This document shows, piece after piece, positions 37,632-51,889 of a DNA stretch of 64,000 nt (position 1 is the stretch's first letter; the number at the start of each line of letters is the position of its first letter). The notes below the pieces were generated by a model. It saw only the letters and a list, made by a program, of their open reading frames with translations, searched no databases and was not told where the DNA came from. This DNA is from Aplysia californica (lineage: Eukaryota): assembly GCF_000002075.1 (NCBI RefSeq), contig NW_004797538.1, positions 692,299-756,298 on the forward strand, given 5' to 3'. Both the position numbers and the translations under genes were made by a program.

Positions 37632-37754
37632 TACGCGGTACCCACTACGGCTGGATCGGGCCGGTCGCCTGACTTGGTCGCCTGAAACTGAAAACAAACA
37701 CGTTTGTTTTTAAGGCTCTCAATCGGCTGATCCCATGCCTAGTGGTACCCTGTA
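37632..37754. mobile_element. 123-bp TIR mini-element nested in a family A repeat
   Basis: TACGCGGTACCCACTA ... TAGTGGTACCCTGTA, flanked by TAA on both sides, interrupting the host sequence CTGTAA|CACCTCT. Left part is homologous to about 12101-12170. Confidence 0.7.
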
Positions 37755-38525
37755 TAACACCTCTAAACTTCAGCACTTATTTTACAGGATCTTGTTGTAA
37801 GTGCCATTAAAAACACTTACTGAAAACTAAAGCTTTTTTTCTCCCCTCTTGATTCCGTTTTTTTCCCCCCCCCACCTCTCTCCGCTGAATATGCGTCCCA
37901 ATTGTTGGCAAGACCAGTTTCCATGTTGCTTGAGAAATCTTGTATTGGCATTTTGTACCTACATTATATTTAAGTCAAATACATTTTTTATCAATACAAG
38001 AATTTTCTTTATTTCATTACTCTCATTGTGATTGTGTGTGTCTGGAATGTCGGTTAGTGGGACAGTAAGTCACAGGAGTCTCCACTTAAAACTGATCATG
38101 GTTGATTTGAAAACAGTGGTAAACCGATAAAAAAAAAATTCCCGATTCTTATTTCCTTCTTCTCCGGCAACCTTTCTGAACTGAAAACCCCGCTAAAGTA
38201 AAAGAAAATCCGGCGGTTCTGCGGATTTTTGTTTAACGCTTTACCGCCTCCTCTGGCCGATCCGCGATGTTTGCCTCCCAGTTTCTTTGAATTTTCCCCG
38301 CGAGTTTTTACTATATATGAGCCTTGTGATGGTAGAGTGTTAAGCAGACTCCACTACTGTCAGTTGTGTTTGAGAAAGGAAGGGAGAGTTTTTCTTTACT
38401 TAAACATTACATTCCTTCTAAAGCACTAGTGTATGGCCTCACAATTTTCAACGAAAACAATATATAGTGTTTGTAAAGAGCAAATTCTAGCTCAACTGCA
38501 AGCTTCATGCGTTTTACAATCTATA

Positions 38526-38961
38526 CGTGAGGCATCATTGTGAAATCAGGCGCTCGTCAAAATAGTGAAATTGAAGAAACTGTCATTTTTCTGACAGTTC
38601 GGCATTTTTATAGAATTTTTGTTTTTCGGCTCTACACCTTTCATTATTCAGGTAAAAACACATTTCTCTGTGGATTTTACTGAAAATTGACTAAAGACAC
38701 AAAAAAGTAAATTTACAGTTACCAATGACTCTCAAGCTCTTGAAGCCATCAAACATTGGCTGCCATTTTCTCACAAATTTTACTCCTGAAACCTGACAAC
38801 CCCCACATCCTTCAATCGCAAATTCTAGACTTCTATTCAAGATATATATATGGGTATTTTTTGCACCAACAGCAAGACAAATACAAAAGCTTTTAGATGA
38901 TGTCAATAATTCCACATGCCCAAAAATTGATGAGCACCTGATTCCACCACGTCGTGACACA
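38526..38961 (+). mobile_element. About 435-bp TIR MITE monomer (same family as the foldback); reverse copy at 60865-61298
   Basis: Left end GTGAGGCATCATTGTGAAATCAGGCGCTCGTCAAAA, right end TTGATGAGCACCTGATTCCACCACGTCGTGACACA, TA flanks. Confidence 0.85.
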
Positions 38962-40020
38962 TATTACTCTAGCAGACCTGATAACATTCTGAGACGTTCT
39001 CAACTCTCTGAGACTAGCTGCCATTTTTCAAGCGCTGAAACACTAAAAATACTGACAATATCTTTCACTGTCTATGGGTGGGTGTCAACATTTGTGTGCC
39101 TGACTGTCCCCAAGGACACAACAGTGAGCCGAGCCTTGAGCCCCTGAACCCTCAACTTCACTTGGTTGCCTAACCACATCATAAAACTACCACTTTTGAA
39201 GGGCCTGCCTTTATAAAAAAATTTTTGCAGGTGGTTGAAATGTGCCACTGTTCGGTAGGTCCCAGTTCTTTCCTTTCTGTGTCATTTCTTTGTCTTTATT
39301 CTTTCCATTTAATAAATGATCGGATCAAGCGGGTAGAATGCTCTGGTGTGGTTTGCTCCTTCTTCCCTATCAAACATCTATCGTCCTTATCTCTCTCCAA
39401 CTCCTTTTGTGTAACACCTTGTAACACCTCTAATCTTTGGCACTTGCACGAACTTATTCTGTTGCAAGTGCCGTAAAACTCTGACTAAAACTAAAAAGAT
39501 AAGATCATGACAACGAACTTCTCTTAATTTTAAACACTTTTTGAAGTATGAAGTCTGTCAAAAGCAGACGTGGGTACAATTCTTGTGTGGGAAAGTTTTG
39601 TATCAAACATCTCCGTCTGTCTGCTGAGATATTGTCCCCCCACTCAGCATCAGTTGACCTTGACAGAGTCGAAGCAGCCCGCCTCTTAAATAATCCAAAT
39701 TGTGTCTATGGGTGCATAAAACATTACAATAATTACACATAATCCGTGTGGAGGAAACTTGAGTCAAAAGCTTATTGGATCAAGTAACCAATCCATGATC
39801 TTGTCTACACTACTACACACATATAGAAGAAACACAACAAGGCAAAAGTCTGCGTCTGTAGCTATCTGTAATTTATTTCTACATGACAAGATATTTCATC
39901 GCGAGGTAAAACATTTTACAAAAAAAAAAAAGCTGTTACCATGAAACAGCACATTACATAATAATTCATAATATGCATGAGAAACCACAGCGAAAACACA
40001 GAGAACATACAGTCATGGCC

Positions 40021-40135
40021 GAGAGACTGAGGCGAGCCGTCTCCTTGGCGCTAAAACACACCACACCGATCGATGGAGAGACTGAGGCGAGCCGTCTCCT
40101 TGGCGCTAAAACACACCACACCGATCGATGGAGAG
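40021..40135. repeat. Perfect 55-bp tandem duplication
   Basis: GAGAGACTGAGGCGAGCCGTCTCCTTGGCGCTAAAACACACCACACCGATCGATG x2. Confidence 0.95.
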
Positions 40136-41366
40136 ATGGGCGACAATAACCACTACTTCTACAATGAGAGTGAGTGAGGAACATCTTTGCAAAACTTCTA
40201 CACACTGACGGAACAACAGGACATAGAAAGACATATCTAGCTAGGTCTATGTGAGGAAAAGGGAAAAGGAATCTTTTGCCAAGTCTGAGAACTAACTCCA
40301 CAGACAGAGAAAAAGAAGCAAGACTTATGACAACATACGACCTCCCCAAAGCTATTGTGTGTCTGCACTTCGTGTTGAGCTCATTCTATATATATAAATA
40401 TAGAATAAATTACGGAAAATTACCCCATGCTTGAGTTTACAAACAATTATCCCCGATACCCTTTTTTCTCTCCCAAAAGTAAAGTCTGAAGTCGCTTTCT
40501 TGCTGAGTAAAACCCCAAAGCCAACTACAAACTCCTTGAAACCCCTATATACCACAGCTTGTCTTGTACAAGTAGTAGTTCAGTGATTTTCTCTCTTTGA
40601 AAACTACAAGCCCCAAAAAGAAACTGGATAGATTTATATAATTTTATATAAGCTCTCCATTTCTAATGTACCGTAGGTGTTTTACATCCCCATCCACACA
40701 ATTTAGATAATTCAGGAAGCGGGCTTTGACCTGACCAGTCAGGGCTAACTAGAACTGAGAGGGACACACAGCATCCCAACAGAAAGACCCAATTTGCTAG
40801 ACAAAAACTCTCTCCTCTCAGGAATCAAACTCGGGTCTTCTGCGTGCGATGGCGAAGTGCCTAACCGCTACACCACAGATCCTGGTGCTCTTTTCACTTC
40901 AGACAAAAAAGCTACCAAGTAACAGATCCAACAGAGGCTACACATTCAACAATCAGCTACACTAGAATTTAAAAAATACAGTCGAGCACGGACAACTCAA
41001 ACACGTAGGGGATTGGCAAATTACGTGTTTGACATACATCTAAAGTGTTTGCCATACATCTATTATTTCGGGTATGGTAAACAGTTTAACGAAACATTAA
41101 AGAGATATCTAGTTGGGGAATGGCATATTGTAAGAGCTATCCCTGATTTCCAATTTTCTGTGTTTGTGTCATCAGTGCTGACTGTAGAATGCACATGAAA
41201 AATGCATAGATTTTTTTCCGACATCCCCAGTACTAGTGAAAGCTAGATGGAACAGTTGTTGAGAGCTTTGCATGAGAGTCAGGCAAAGTAAACAAAACAC
41301 GAGAGTGTGGATCTCTCCAGAAAATTATTGACATGACAACGGTGAAGTGAACAGTCCTGTCTACAG

Positions 41367-41403
<37 letters not shown>

Positions 41404-43719
41404 CACACACACTAAATGCATATCAGCCCGACAAATGAAGAGATGTTCTAACCACACATTCTTGTTTTGGCTTCAATAAAAACATGCAAGGCCATACCCA
41501 CACATGAAGGAAAATACTGTAAAACACAGATTGCTTCGATGAAAATGTCTCAATTTAAAAAAAAAAAAATCACCAATCCCATGTTTCCTACAATGGTCAG
41601 CATGTAATGGAAACAGTCACTCCCTTAAGCCGTCACTTTCTTTCCTTACACAAAAGCATATTTAAAAAAATGTACTCTCGCTGAAATGGAATTTAATGCT
41701 GATTTGAAGCTCTCCACAGAGACAAAGACCGTGAAGATGCGAGCGTCTTTGGCTTCTCTGAACTCATTATCTAGTCACCACATAATGAACGGCCAGTGTA
41801 AGATTCTGTCACATGTCACTTTTCAAAATGGTTCACGCCGCAGTCTTCTACAAAACTGCCGATAAGAGCTCCAGTGTGAATGTGAACAGAAGGACCATTA
41901 TGGTAGAAAGTCTGCGAACCTCCCCCTCTCTTCCCCCATATCATAGACAAGTGAACAAAAGAAGCCTGTCCCTGTTCCTCTCTGTAAGTCATGTGTGGAA
42001 AATCAGGGGGAGGGGAAGGCGCCAAATTAGGAAACGCGCAAGCAGTCAGTTTTAATGGGAGAAAACGCTTTGTTCAAACATTTTTATAGGTGAAAAATTA
42101 GAAGTCATTCTTCCATAATTAAAAATACTGTACCAAAGTGTACTTAACCCCCTTGTCAGATCTGTGAATTAAAAAAAAAAGATATTAAAATAAATAGAAG
42201 CATAATTAAGAACGTCGTTAGCGTAGCAAGGAAAGACAACGACAGATGTGCACAGTGGTCAAAGTGGCAAATAACGACAAACCTACTACCGTACCAGTGC
42301 AGATTTCTGCATAGAACCCAGACAAAAATGTGCAGCTCGGTGAAAAAGACGGGTAAAATAAAGCAGTACATCTAGTAGAGCCCCGAGAGTCGGGAAATAG
42401 GAAACATCAGCATAAACAATCAAAACACTTGTCATGGCAGAAAATTCCATCATATCAAGGTACAATGTACAAAATGAGAACAACCAAAAACAATTGCTAC
42501 AAAACGTAGCAACAGATCTGACATAATACGGTAAAAAAAAAAGAAAACTGCATAGACTTCTTCTCCATGAGAGTGAGGACTAGACTCGCGTCAGACAGGC
42601 ATCTACAGCTCCAGGACGGAGCTACACGGCAACAGAACACCAGAGAACACTTTCCTAGGAACAGACGACAGGGGAAAGAAAGTGAGGTGGTCTGGGGATT
42701 TCATCATCAAAAGTTCCATTCAACGTCAAGCTATTAAAAAATCTCAGGTATAACGAGAAATATCCTCATTGTCATTGAAAAAATGAGTAACTGCACCCGT
42801 TCTGACCCCACTTATTTAAAGTAGGGCGAGTTTGAAGAATATCGGAGTTACTCACTTTTTCTTTTTTCTTTTTCGACAGCGACGTTATGAAAGAGTATAC
42901 AGAGCTGCCATATCTAACAAATGATACATAGACATGAATGCATTAGAACTAGCGAAGACACACATTGAACAGGTCTGTACAAACTGACCAGCAAACAGTG
43001 GACCACAGTCAGTCGGGAACCCTCACACAGCTATTCCCCGCTCAAAGACGACTCATAGCCTCAAAGACTACATGTCAAAATATTCTATCTTCACAGAAAT
43101 TTGAAAAAAGACTGAAAAGCCCTTTCATCTTAAGCAATAGAGCTACCTGGAATGAAAGGTTTTTATTCCAATTGGGCATTTTCTGGTTCAATTTTGAATC
43201 TGAACTTACTTACAGGAAAATAAAAGAAGGATCATGCCAGTGGCAGAAAAAGTAATGGGTCAATTTCAAATGTAGAGAAAAGAGGACGTAAAACGCTAGC
43301 CTTCAAAGAAGAGCGAGGGAAGAGACCAGGATGAGACAGACAGATATTGGCCAAGTGCGGGTAACATTCACTTAACACAGTCAAGTATAACAGATATAGC
43401 AAAACATTGACACCTTCAGCCGTCCCCTTCTGGGACATACTCTACAAAGACTACAAAGGCAAGTCACTTGTGCTGCTTTCTACTCCATCCTCAATTCATT
43501 CCTTAAAGATGAATGAAAAGAAAATGTACACAGTTTAAGTTTAGATTTAGTAAAAGTTTCACGACACTTGCTACACAAATAGATCATGCAAGTGCTGAAG
43601 ATTAGCCTAGGGTGGCCAGACTGCATGACAATGGTCACATTTCCCCTGGAACTTTAATTTGAGTAAAGAGAAGCTCATCAGTGTTATAACAATCAATAAC
43701 AGCTTTGAAAAAAAACCCC

Positions 43720-43786
<67 letters not shown>

Positions 43787-44558
43787 AAGAATCAGGGGAA
43801 AGACAAGAAGTAGGACCCACCAGTAGCATCCTCCAACCACCCACTCATCAGTACAGACTAAAACGTAGCGACAGAGAACAGAAGTGGAAGAGACACTCTG
43901 AGACAGAACAACACGCCAGGGTTCTCACGACAATCTAACTCAGTGGTTGAAACACAAGGCGTCCACAGAGAAATACACACAGGATGGCCGGCCCACCCAA
44001 GCATGGCGTGAAGATAAAACTGCAAGATAGTCAAAAGTGTCATGGCAAACTCTCCAGTTGTTCCATCATCAAGCACATGTACAGTTTAGTTTCAGTAAAA
44101 GTTTTACGGCATTTGCAAAACAATAATGTCATATATAAGTGTCGAAGATCATAGGTGTTATAAGAGAGTAACAAACACAGAAAAGAAGTAGGAGAGATCA
44201 GGACGATAGATATTTGATAGGAAAAAAGGAGCAAACCACACTAGAGCACCCGCCAACCAACCTCATATATGTATAGTTATCGTGGTGAGCACAAAAAAAA
44301 AAGCCGAAGAGGCTCAATAAATAACGACATTAGCGACCCTAACCAAATTACCAAATTAGAAACACACAAGGGAAGACGGGGGGGGAATGAAAGAGAGAAT
44401 GAGAGCAGTACCGTCAAAGTACAGACGAACCTGCTCTGACTGCCACCTGTCCAAGACAACCACGCACAACCTGTACAAAGGACCTCTTCTCACTTCCCCC
44501 TTGCTCTTTTTCTACACCACAGCTACAGATATATATATATATAGATATAGATATAGAT

Positions 44559-44617
<59 letters not shown>

Positions 44618-47600
44618 TATAATATAATTGTTTAGCTCTCAAGTCCAGTATCAGCTCTTAGAAACTTTTTTACAGTTTGTTTTCAGTTAGAAAAGCAGAT
44701 CTATAGGGGGGGGGGTGGGAGTAGAATGAAATAAAATGTCACAGCTTTCTGATCCGTGCACTTTGAATTTAGGCCGAGAGAATGGGACAAACTTGTACAC
44801 AACTCAATACATTCACAATACGAGGTACACTTTCAGGTACAGGTACCCACAGGAACAGACAAAAGTTTTCCTGCCACTAAGACAAGTGGTTATCTAAAGG
44901 AACAGACTCACTTCTACTTCTACATCTACTATGCCCCACATCAAACAGAATACAGCGGAATGGATACAGAGATAAATTATGGCAAATCATAAAGAAATGA
45001 ACAAAACAACAAAGCAAATCATTGACCAGTTGGTCAGATGTACTAAGCCCAAAATTTTGATTAAAAAAAAAAAAAAATTGCATCAGCCCAAAATAAAAAA
45101 TTAAGGTCCTTTCTTTTTTCCCCAGTAAATTAACTCTTTATCTGTGTCGGCGACAGCGGCTTGGGCACATTCCTTTACGGCGACTTCGACATTAAATTAC
45201 ATTTCGGCAATTGCCGAAAACAGGTCTGTTTTACAGGAAGTTCATTCATTAGATGAAGGACTATCAAAATAGGTTTGCTAGTTTCGATTTAATGACGCTT
45301 TTGTCATTTTTAGATTTTCACCAAAAACAGGCCCTGGCATAGTGGATTTACCGCCCTCGGAGATAAAAGAGTTAATACGTGGTATTGGTTGCATGTGCTC
45401 CAAAAATATTTTGTCCGAATTAAAATTCCAAATGTGAAAAAAAAAGAAAAGTAACAAAAGACTCACGCTTCAAGAAAGAAGCAGCTTTTTCTCTCTCCTG
45501 ACACAATTGTGCTCTGTGAGCTCAGTACACTTGACTAGCTCGCTGACAAAGTTTGACCGTCAGACGTCTCCACGGCCGGCCCAGGACTGGGATTGTCCTA
45601 CACACCAGCACCCAACAAGACCTGTGTTCTGAGAACATACTGGAACAACCAGACATCAATTATATATATATATATGTATAAATATTATATACACAATACA
45701 GTCTAGCACGCACATAGTGAACACCGTGTTAGCGAAAAAAACGCATATAACCAACAGATTTTCAAATCCAGAATTGTTTCTCACACATGTGTATACATAT
45801 AGGCCTAATTCGTACATAGTTAACAGACTTCTGTATCCCACCGATTTCACTATGTTGGTACTAGACTGTACAGTTAAATGCACCTCTTGAAGTCAGTTCT
45901 GTAAAAGATATTCATTTCTGAACAGAAAAAACAAAACAAAAAAATCCTCAGCATCTAACCTTCTGCATTCTCAAGACTAAATTACTAAACAAAAAAAACA
46001 ACAAACAAACAAAAAAAACCCTGATGAAAAACACCCAAACCATTGGGCAATATACATTTTATCATGTCTGTACCAGTCTTCCTCATTTTAGGCACATCTG
46101 CTTTTCTAAAACAAAGCAAAATATGGGTAGTTCAAACGCAATATAAAGAGTACCCCCAGTCACAGCCTTGTGATAGCAACGACATCACGAGAAACCAGCC
46201 ACTAAAATATCGGGAGAACTCAAAAGGTAAAAACATCCATCAGATCTCATCTCGCTGCTCACATCTCTGAGCACAACACAAGTTTACCAGTATAGGACCC
46301 CAGCCTCCACCCACTCATTCAAAGCTTTGACAGGTGTACACAATCTCAGGCATCCTGCACACTCCCATCTGAACACGCTCACTTACTAAACAGCCAGGTA
46401 CAAGGCGCACCACACAGTAACAAATATAAGCCCACACATTACTCACTTTCTCACTTACAAAAGGTCTAAACAACCTGAGACGTGCAAGTTATAATGAAAC
46501 TTTTCGTCCAGAATATACCATCAACACTTAGGCAGACAGTCAAAAAACCCAAATGCGTGGCCACAGAATGAAAATAAGAGACACAACATATCAAATTCAG
46601 ATAGTCGAACAAAATCAATCTGCTTGAAAATAAAAAAGATGCACTTTTGTACAGAATCGCGTACACCTTTTTCCTTGTCAAAGACTAGACAGACACAATG
46701 AGAGGACTGCAAACAGTGACGACTGCTAGTACATGTATGTTTATCAGTCTGTTCGCTGCTCAACTTCCTCCTTCTGGCCAAATGTCAGGGAAGTAGAATG
46801 TGATGAAGATTGAGCAAAGAGAAGCATATTGAATTGACACAATAACAGAAAGGGGAAAAGAGACAGAGAGAAACAACAGAGTGGAAAGAAATGAAGTAGG
46901 ACCTCTATCAGTGGCGTCCTCCAATCATCCACACAGTAGAATGTGTCATTTAGTTTTAGTTTCAGATAGAGTTTTATGGCACTCGCAACTGCATAAGGTC
47001 ATATGAGCGCCAGAAGATTAGAGGTGTTACAGGAGAGTAACAAATATAAAAAAGAAGAAGGGGAGATAAGGACGATAGATGTTTGATAGGAAAGAAGGAG
47101 CAACTGACGAGGACAGTTTCATGGTACAAGCTACAGACAAAATACAAACTAGAATCTACGTTAGCCTTTCTTTTGTGTGTTTGAGTAAAGAGAAGAACAC
47201 ATGAACACAACAATGGCCAATTAGTGCTGGGAAAGTGGAAAGGAAAAGGTAAGACAGGCAACCAGAAATAACCATAGGGGGGGGAAGAAAAGAGGTCGGA
47301 CATACTAGCAGCACCCTCCAACAGCCTTGCCTGCCACATCATCTGTTTAGAATGGAGACGACAGGACACAAGCTAAACACAGCTGTATAATTCATCAAAG
47401 AGAATACCAGAAAAAAAAGTTGTATAAAATACAGATCAGGATGAGAAGATAAAGAACAAAGAGTAAATGCAAAGGCAAAAAAAATATTTAAAAAGTTAAC
47501 TGTTGAAACTACTGAACCAGTTCTCAGATCTGAAGACCGTACTTTTTACCATAAAATACACATTGGGACATACAAAAATAATGAACACTGCACTGAGTAA

Positions 47601-47837
47601 ATGCAAAGAAAAAAAAAAAGGTAACTGTTGAAACAATAAAAAACAGTTCTCAGATCTGAAAGGAATACTCTCTCACATAAAATACAGATCAGCGGTACAG
47701 CCACCTCAGGCCAGTTTACAATGGAAATAAAAACAACAACATCAAAAGGCAAAACCAAATGTCCAGGTGGAGTGAAGATAGAGAAACAAACTTGCATTTT
47801 TCATCTGTAGGTAAGCTACAAACACCAACCAATGTGT

Positions 47838-47889
<52 letters not shown>

Positions 47890-49413
47890 TTTGGAATGTG
47901 TACAACTTACATAGAATCAAGACCGGAGGGTTTCTTTGCACATCATCACAGCCTGACACAACATCATCCTAACCAGACTGGATCATCATCAAAACTCCAC
48001 AGACTCTCAACCACACTTGCACACATCCATCACATCTGCCATCAGTAGACGCACATAGCAGAATAAGTTATAGTCGCAGTCTATGCCTTAGCAAAAACAG
48101 CTTTTCACATCTCTGACATGCCTTACCAGAATGTCTCTTTACCCCCCCCCCCTGCCCCTTCCAACTCCCTCCAAACTCAATTTTAAAAAGATGAACAGAA
48201 CAAGCAAAACAACACCTAAAAGTAAAAAAAAATCAGTGTCATCCTAATTTCAGATTTTTAAAACTTTCTGGTCAGGATATGGGCTTCATAAAAAAAAGAA
48301 ACGTTCATCCAGAAATTTCAGGAAGTAGGAAAATTACCTCATAACAAATTCACAGCCCAAGACGCACTCTTTTAAAAAAATTTTTTTTTAGCAGAGGGTT
48401 TTACGGCGCTCGCAACTGCACAAGGTCATATGAGTGCCAAGGGGTGGGTGTCAACAGAGAAATCCTTACACGAAATCAGACTTACTCTGCTCACCTCTCT
48501 AGATTCAACAGCACAAAGTCTGCTTCGACTATCAAGAGACACACACTCGCTTCAGTCACTTCTTCCAATATCATAGCACAGGGCACCAGGTCAGTGATGG
48601 AACAACAACCCTGCACCACCAATACGACACACGTACACAGTCTACCACGGCGCTAACACACAAACTACACACTTAGAGCTGGAACACACCTCATGTACAG
48701 CTCTTAACACACCAGTGCATGGCTCTACAAACACAGGTACAATGCCTTCTAACAAACTAGGACACACACCATGGAAGCATCTAGGTGAGAATCTGTCTCT
48801 AAAACCTTTCTAAACACTTGAGTAGCTACATGGGGGGGGGGGGGGGGGGGGGGGACGACCCTTCACATTGGAACCTTCCCTAAGTTTTCTCTCAGACAGT
48901 CTGTATTAAGTTTTCTCTCAGACTGTCTGTATCCTACAACAGTTCCTCAGCAATTTGATTAGCAACCAAAACAAAGCCATCTTTTATACAACCTGATTAA
49001 TTGTGGACGGTCTGAAATAGACAAAGTCACATTCTAAGTTTCCAATTTCATTTTTGCAACCGTTAACTTCTGTGTAACAACTTTCTCAGAGCCTCTTGAA
49101 AGTTTTAACTCTGAAAATTACGGTGCAGTACCACTGCAAGATATAGCCCTCTAGGATTTTGTAGTTATTGGACTCAAAGTTTGTCATTTTTTTTCTTCTC
49201 TTCCTCATCCCCATTGTGGAAAAGTCTTCCCTGAAAAACGGGAAATCACTCAAAAAAATTCTCGCACCGCCTCTCACACAGCACCCCCTCCGAGGACAAA
49301 AGCTACCCATGAAGCAACCACAAACTAACAACCCACAGGGACACCCTTCCACCCTCCCGCAACGTTCCACACAGAGTTCTGGAGGTAGCCTCGATTGCCC
49401 ACCAACGCGTCCG

Positions 49414-49515
49414 TCAAACAGCGAGGTCAGCGGTAGGTGAGAGTTGGACATCTCGTGCCCAGTCACGCTGGAGGTAAAAACACCATGATTGAGGTACGGC
49501 AGACAGCCAGCCAAG
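49414..49515 (-). CDS. Candidate distal alternative last exon of the minus-strand gene (phase 0 gives LGWLSAVPQSWCFYLQRDWARDVQLSPTADLAV*)
   Basis: Strong acceptor gttcttgttgttgctgttgttgcAG at 49517-49516. Reading frame is inferred from the phase-0 donor at 56209; it could instead be a UTR exon. Confidence 0.35.
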   Translation of the reverse strand, partial: LGWLSAVPQSWCFYLQRDWARDVQLSPTADLAV

Positions 49516-50224
49516 CTGCAACAACAGCAACAACAAGAACAACATATGCTCAGCCTGAAAATGTCACAGCCAATCTCGTAATAACCAAAGAATGAGCAAA
49601 CGTATTATGCAGGCACATATACATATTTATATGCAAGTGCGCACATACGTAATCCAACATGAGCACCGAGCTTATACGGTGTCTACATCAACATTTGTGA
49701 GGTGAAAACAGCTGCTGCAGCACAATTATAGAACTGATCCTTTCTCAGAATTCGATAGAAGGCCACACAGCCCTTTCCTTCACCGCACTCTTCCTCAGCA
49801 TCCCGAAGAGCTGCCTTTGTCTTACTCTCAAACAGGAAGACAAAATACACACAGGAAGCGGAGACTCAAAGGAGGCCAAACCCTCATTCCCTCATGAATT
49901 CAAAGTAGGTGGAGGAGCATTAAAAGCCCTTATTCTTCACACTTGAACAGAAAGCCCCCTCTCCCACTTTGAACGGACAAACCAAATCTTTCCTCTCCTC
50001 CATATTGCACAAAAATCTCTTGCTCAAACCCTGCTGCCTGCCCCTTCCACATCGGGTCAACAATCCTGCCTGCAACAGACGAGCCACCCCTCCCAAATCA
50101 GATTGGCGACACCTCTCAAACAAATCTTCCCACGTCCGACCAAAGGCTTGACACCTCAAATAAGACCAAAGACTTCCTAAATCATACCAGGGATCATATT
50201 GGAGACTCGGAGACTCCTCCCACA

Positions 50225-50520
50225 TCATATCGGAGATTTCTCCCACATCATACAAGAGACTCCTTCCATATCATATAAGAGACTCCTCCCACATCATATA
50301 AGAGACTCCTCCCACATCATATAAGAGACTCCTCCCACATCATATAAGAGACTCCTCCCATATCATATAAGAGACTCCTCCCACATCATATAAGAGACTC
50401 CTCCCACATCATACAAGAGACTCTTCCCACATCATATAAGAGACTCCTTCCACATCATATAAGAGACTCCTCCCCCATCATATAAGAGACTCCTCCTACA
50501 TCATACAAGAGACTCCTCCC
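50225..50520 (-). repeat. 23-bp tandem array (13 units) derived from the terminal codons and stop of the 51718-50501 exon
   Basis: Unit TCATA(T/C)AAGAGACTCCTCCCACA starting at 50225, 50248, ... 50478, 50501. Confidence 0.95.
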
Positions 50521-51718
50521 CTTCCTCCCAATCATCATCCGTGTCCTCATTGAAACAAAGCGGTTTCTTGTCTCCAGCCCCGCGATGTCGCGTCAGAGAC
50601 GAGGCGCCGACGGCTTTGTGCTGAGCACCGTGGCTCTGGCCGGGCGACTGTGGCTGGGGTCTGTGCTGGGGGGACGGCTGATGTCGATGAGCGTACGGCT
50701 GGGCGGGGTGGGGAGTGGGTTGGGAGTGGTACAGCTGTGCAGGAGGGGCTTTCACAGGAGTGGAGGGGTAGGAAGAGGAGGAGGAGGGGGAGGAGTGTAG
50801 CCGGTCCATGGCACTCTGGTTCTGCCTGGCCATCTCAGTCTGCACGTACAGCAACAGCTTTTCTTTCAAATCCAAGGCGGAGGTGGACTCCTTGGCCTTC
50901 TCTTGTTGACCCAACGGGAACAAGCCGAGACTTGCCAGGTCGAGGTCAAGGTCTCGCTGTGAGAACGCCAAAGTCTGAGGGGGGGCAGCTGCTGAGGTCC
51001 GGGGAATGCCGTGGCTGCTGCTGCTGCTATTCAGGGAGGACTGTTGTTGATGCTGCTGCTGTTGCCTCTGGTGCTGCTGCAGCATCTGCTGGTGGTGGTA
51101 CTGGTGCTGCTGGAGCTGATGCAGCTGGTGAATCTCTTCCAGGGAGTGCTGCTGGTACGGACTGGGCTGTGAGGACTGAGGAGGGAGGCGTGGGGCGACC
51201 GTCGTCACAGACGCCATAGTCAACTGTGAGTTCTGTCGGCCATGGGGAGGGGTGAGCCGCAACTGCTGCTGCTGCTGTAGCTGCCATCTCATCTGCTGCT
51301 GTTGCTGAAACTGCTGCTGCTGAATGCAGTCGCTGTTCACTCGCCAGCTGAGCTCTCCCTCTGTGGTCGCGGGCTGGTCTAGTCTGTTGGGCAAAGACTT
51401 GTGTCGGAGGATCGGGCTGATGCGCTGGTGGGCAGGGAGGGTTGGGGCCGCGAGCCCGTCGCTGCTCAGGGTGACCTCTGCCAGGTCGGAGCTTGGGGAA
51501 CTGTCCAGACTGGGGAACACCAGGCTGTCCTGGCTGAGGGAGATGTGTGGCTGGGGCAGCAGTGGCTGCTGGGCGGAATGCTGCTGCTGCTGTTGTTGTT
51601 GTTGCTGTTGTTGGCTGATGATGGTGGTGGTGGTGGTGATGGATGGAGGAGTAAAGGGCTGGCCATCTGCCTCTGATCTCTCACTACGACCGTTGGTGAA
51701 ACGAACTCGCTTCTCGTA
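50501..51718 (-). CDS. Large terminal coding exon (405 aa, Q/H/P/S-rich, ends EEGEESLV*) of an unidentified gene whose 5' part lies beyond the window
   Basis: Acceptor cctctgtccccAG at 51720-51719. Open frame from YEKRVRFTNGRS... through ...LKEKLLLYVQTEMAR... to DDDWEEGEESLV*, GC-rich coding-like composition, class I PDZ-ligand C-terminus. Confidence 0.75.
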   Translation of the reverse strand, partial: YEKRVRFTNGRSERSEADGQPFTPPSITTTTTIISQQQQQQQQQQQHSAQQPLLPQPHISLSQDSLVFPSLDSSPSSDLAEVTLSSDGLAAPTLPAHQRISPILRHKSLPNRLDQPATTEGELSWRVNSDCIQQQQFQQQQQMRWQLQQQQQLRLTPPHGRQNSQLTMASVTTVAPRLPPQSSQPSPYQQHSLEEIHQLHQLQQHQYHHQQMLQQHQRQQQQHQQQSSLNSSSSSHGIPRTSAAAPPQTLAFSQRDLDLDLASLGLFPLGQQEKAKESTSALDLKEKLLLYVQTEMARQNQSAMDRLHSSPSSSSSYPSTPVKAPPAQLYHSQPTPHPAQPYAHRHQPSPQHRPQPQSPGQSHGAQHKAVGASSLTRHRGAGDKKPLCFNEDTDDDWEEGEESLV

Positions 51719-51889
51719 CTGGGGACAGAGGAAGCAGGAATCATTTCAGAGATTCAAACGTCCGGCACAATACAGACATACACTCCAAGAAAAATCTAGC
51801 TGAACAACAGGCTTTATGTTATTTTGACGCCCACTGGCATCAAAGTCAGTAAAAGCACACGCTCTTTATAATAACATGCCACAACTTAA

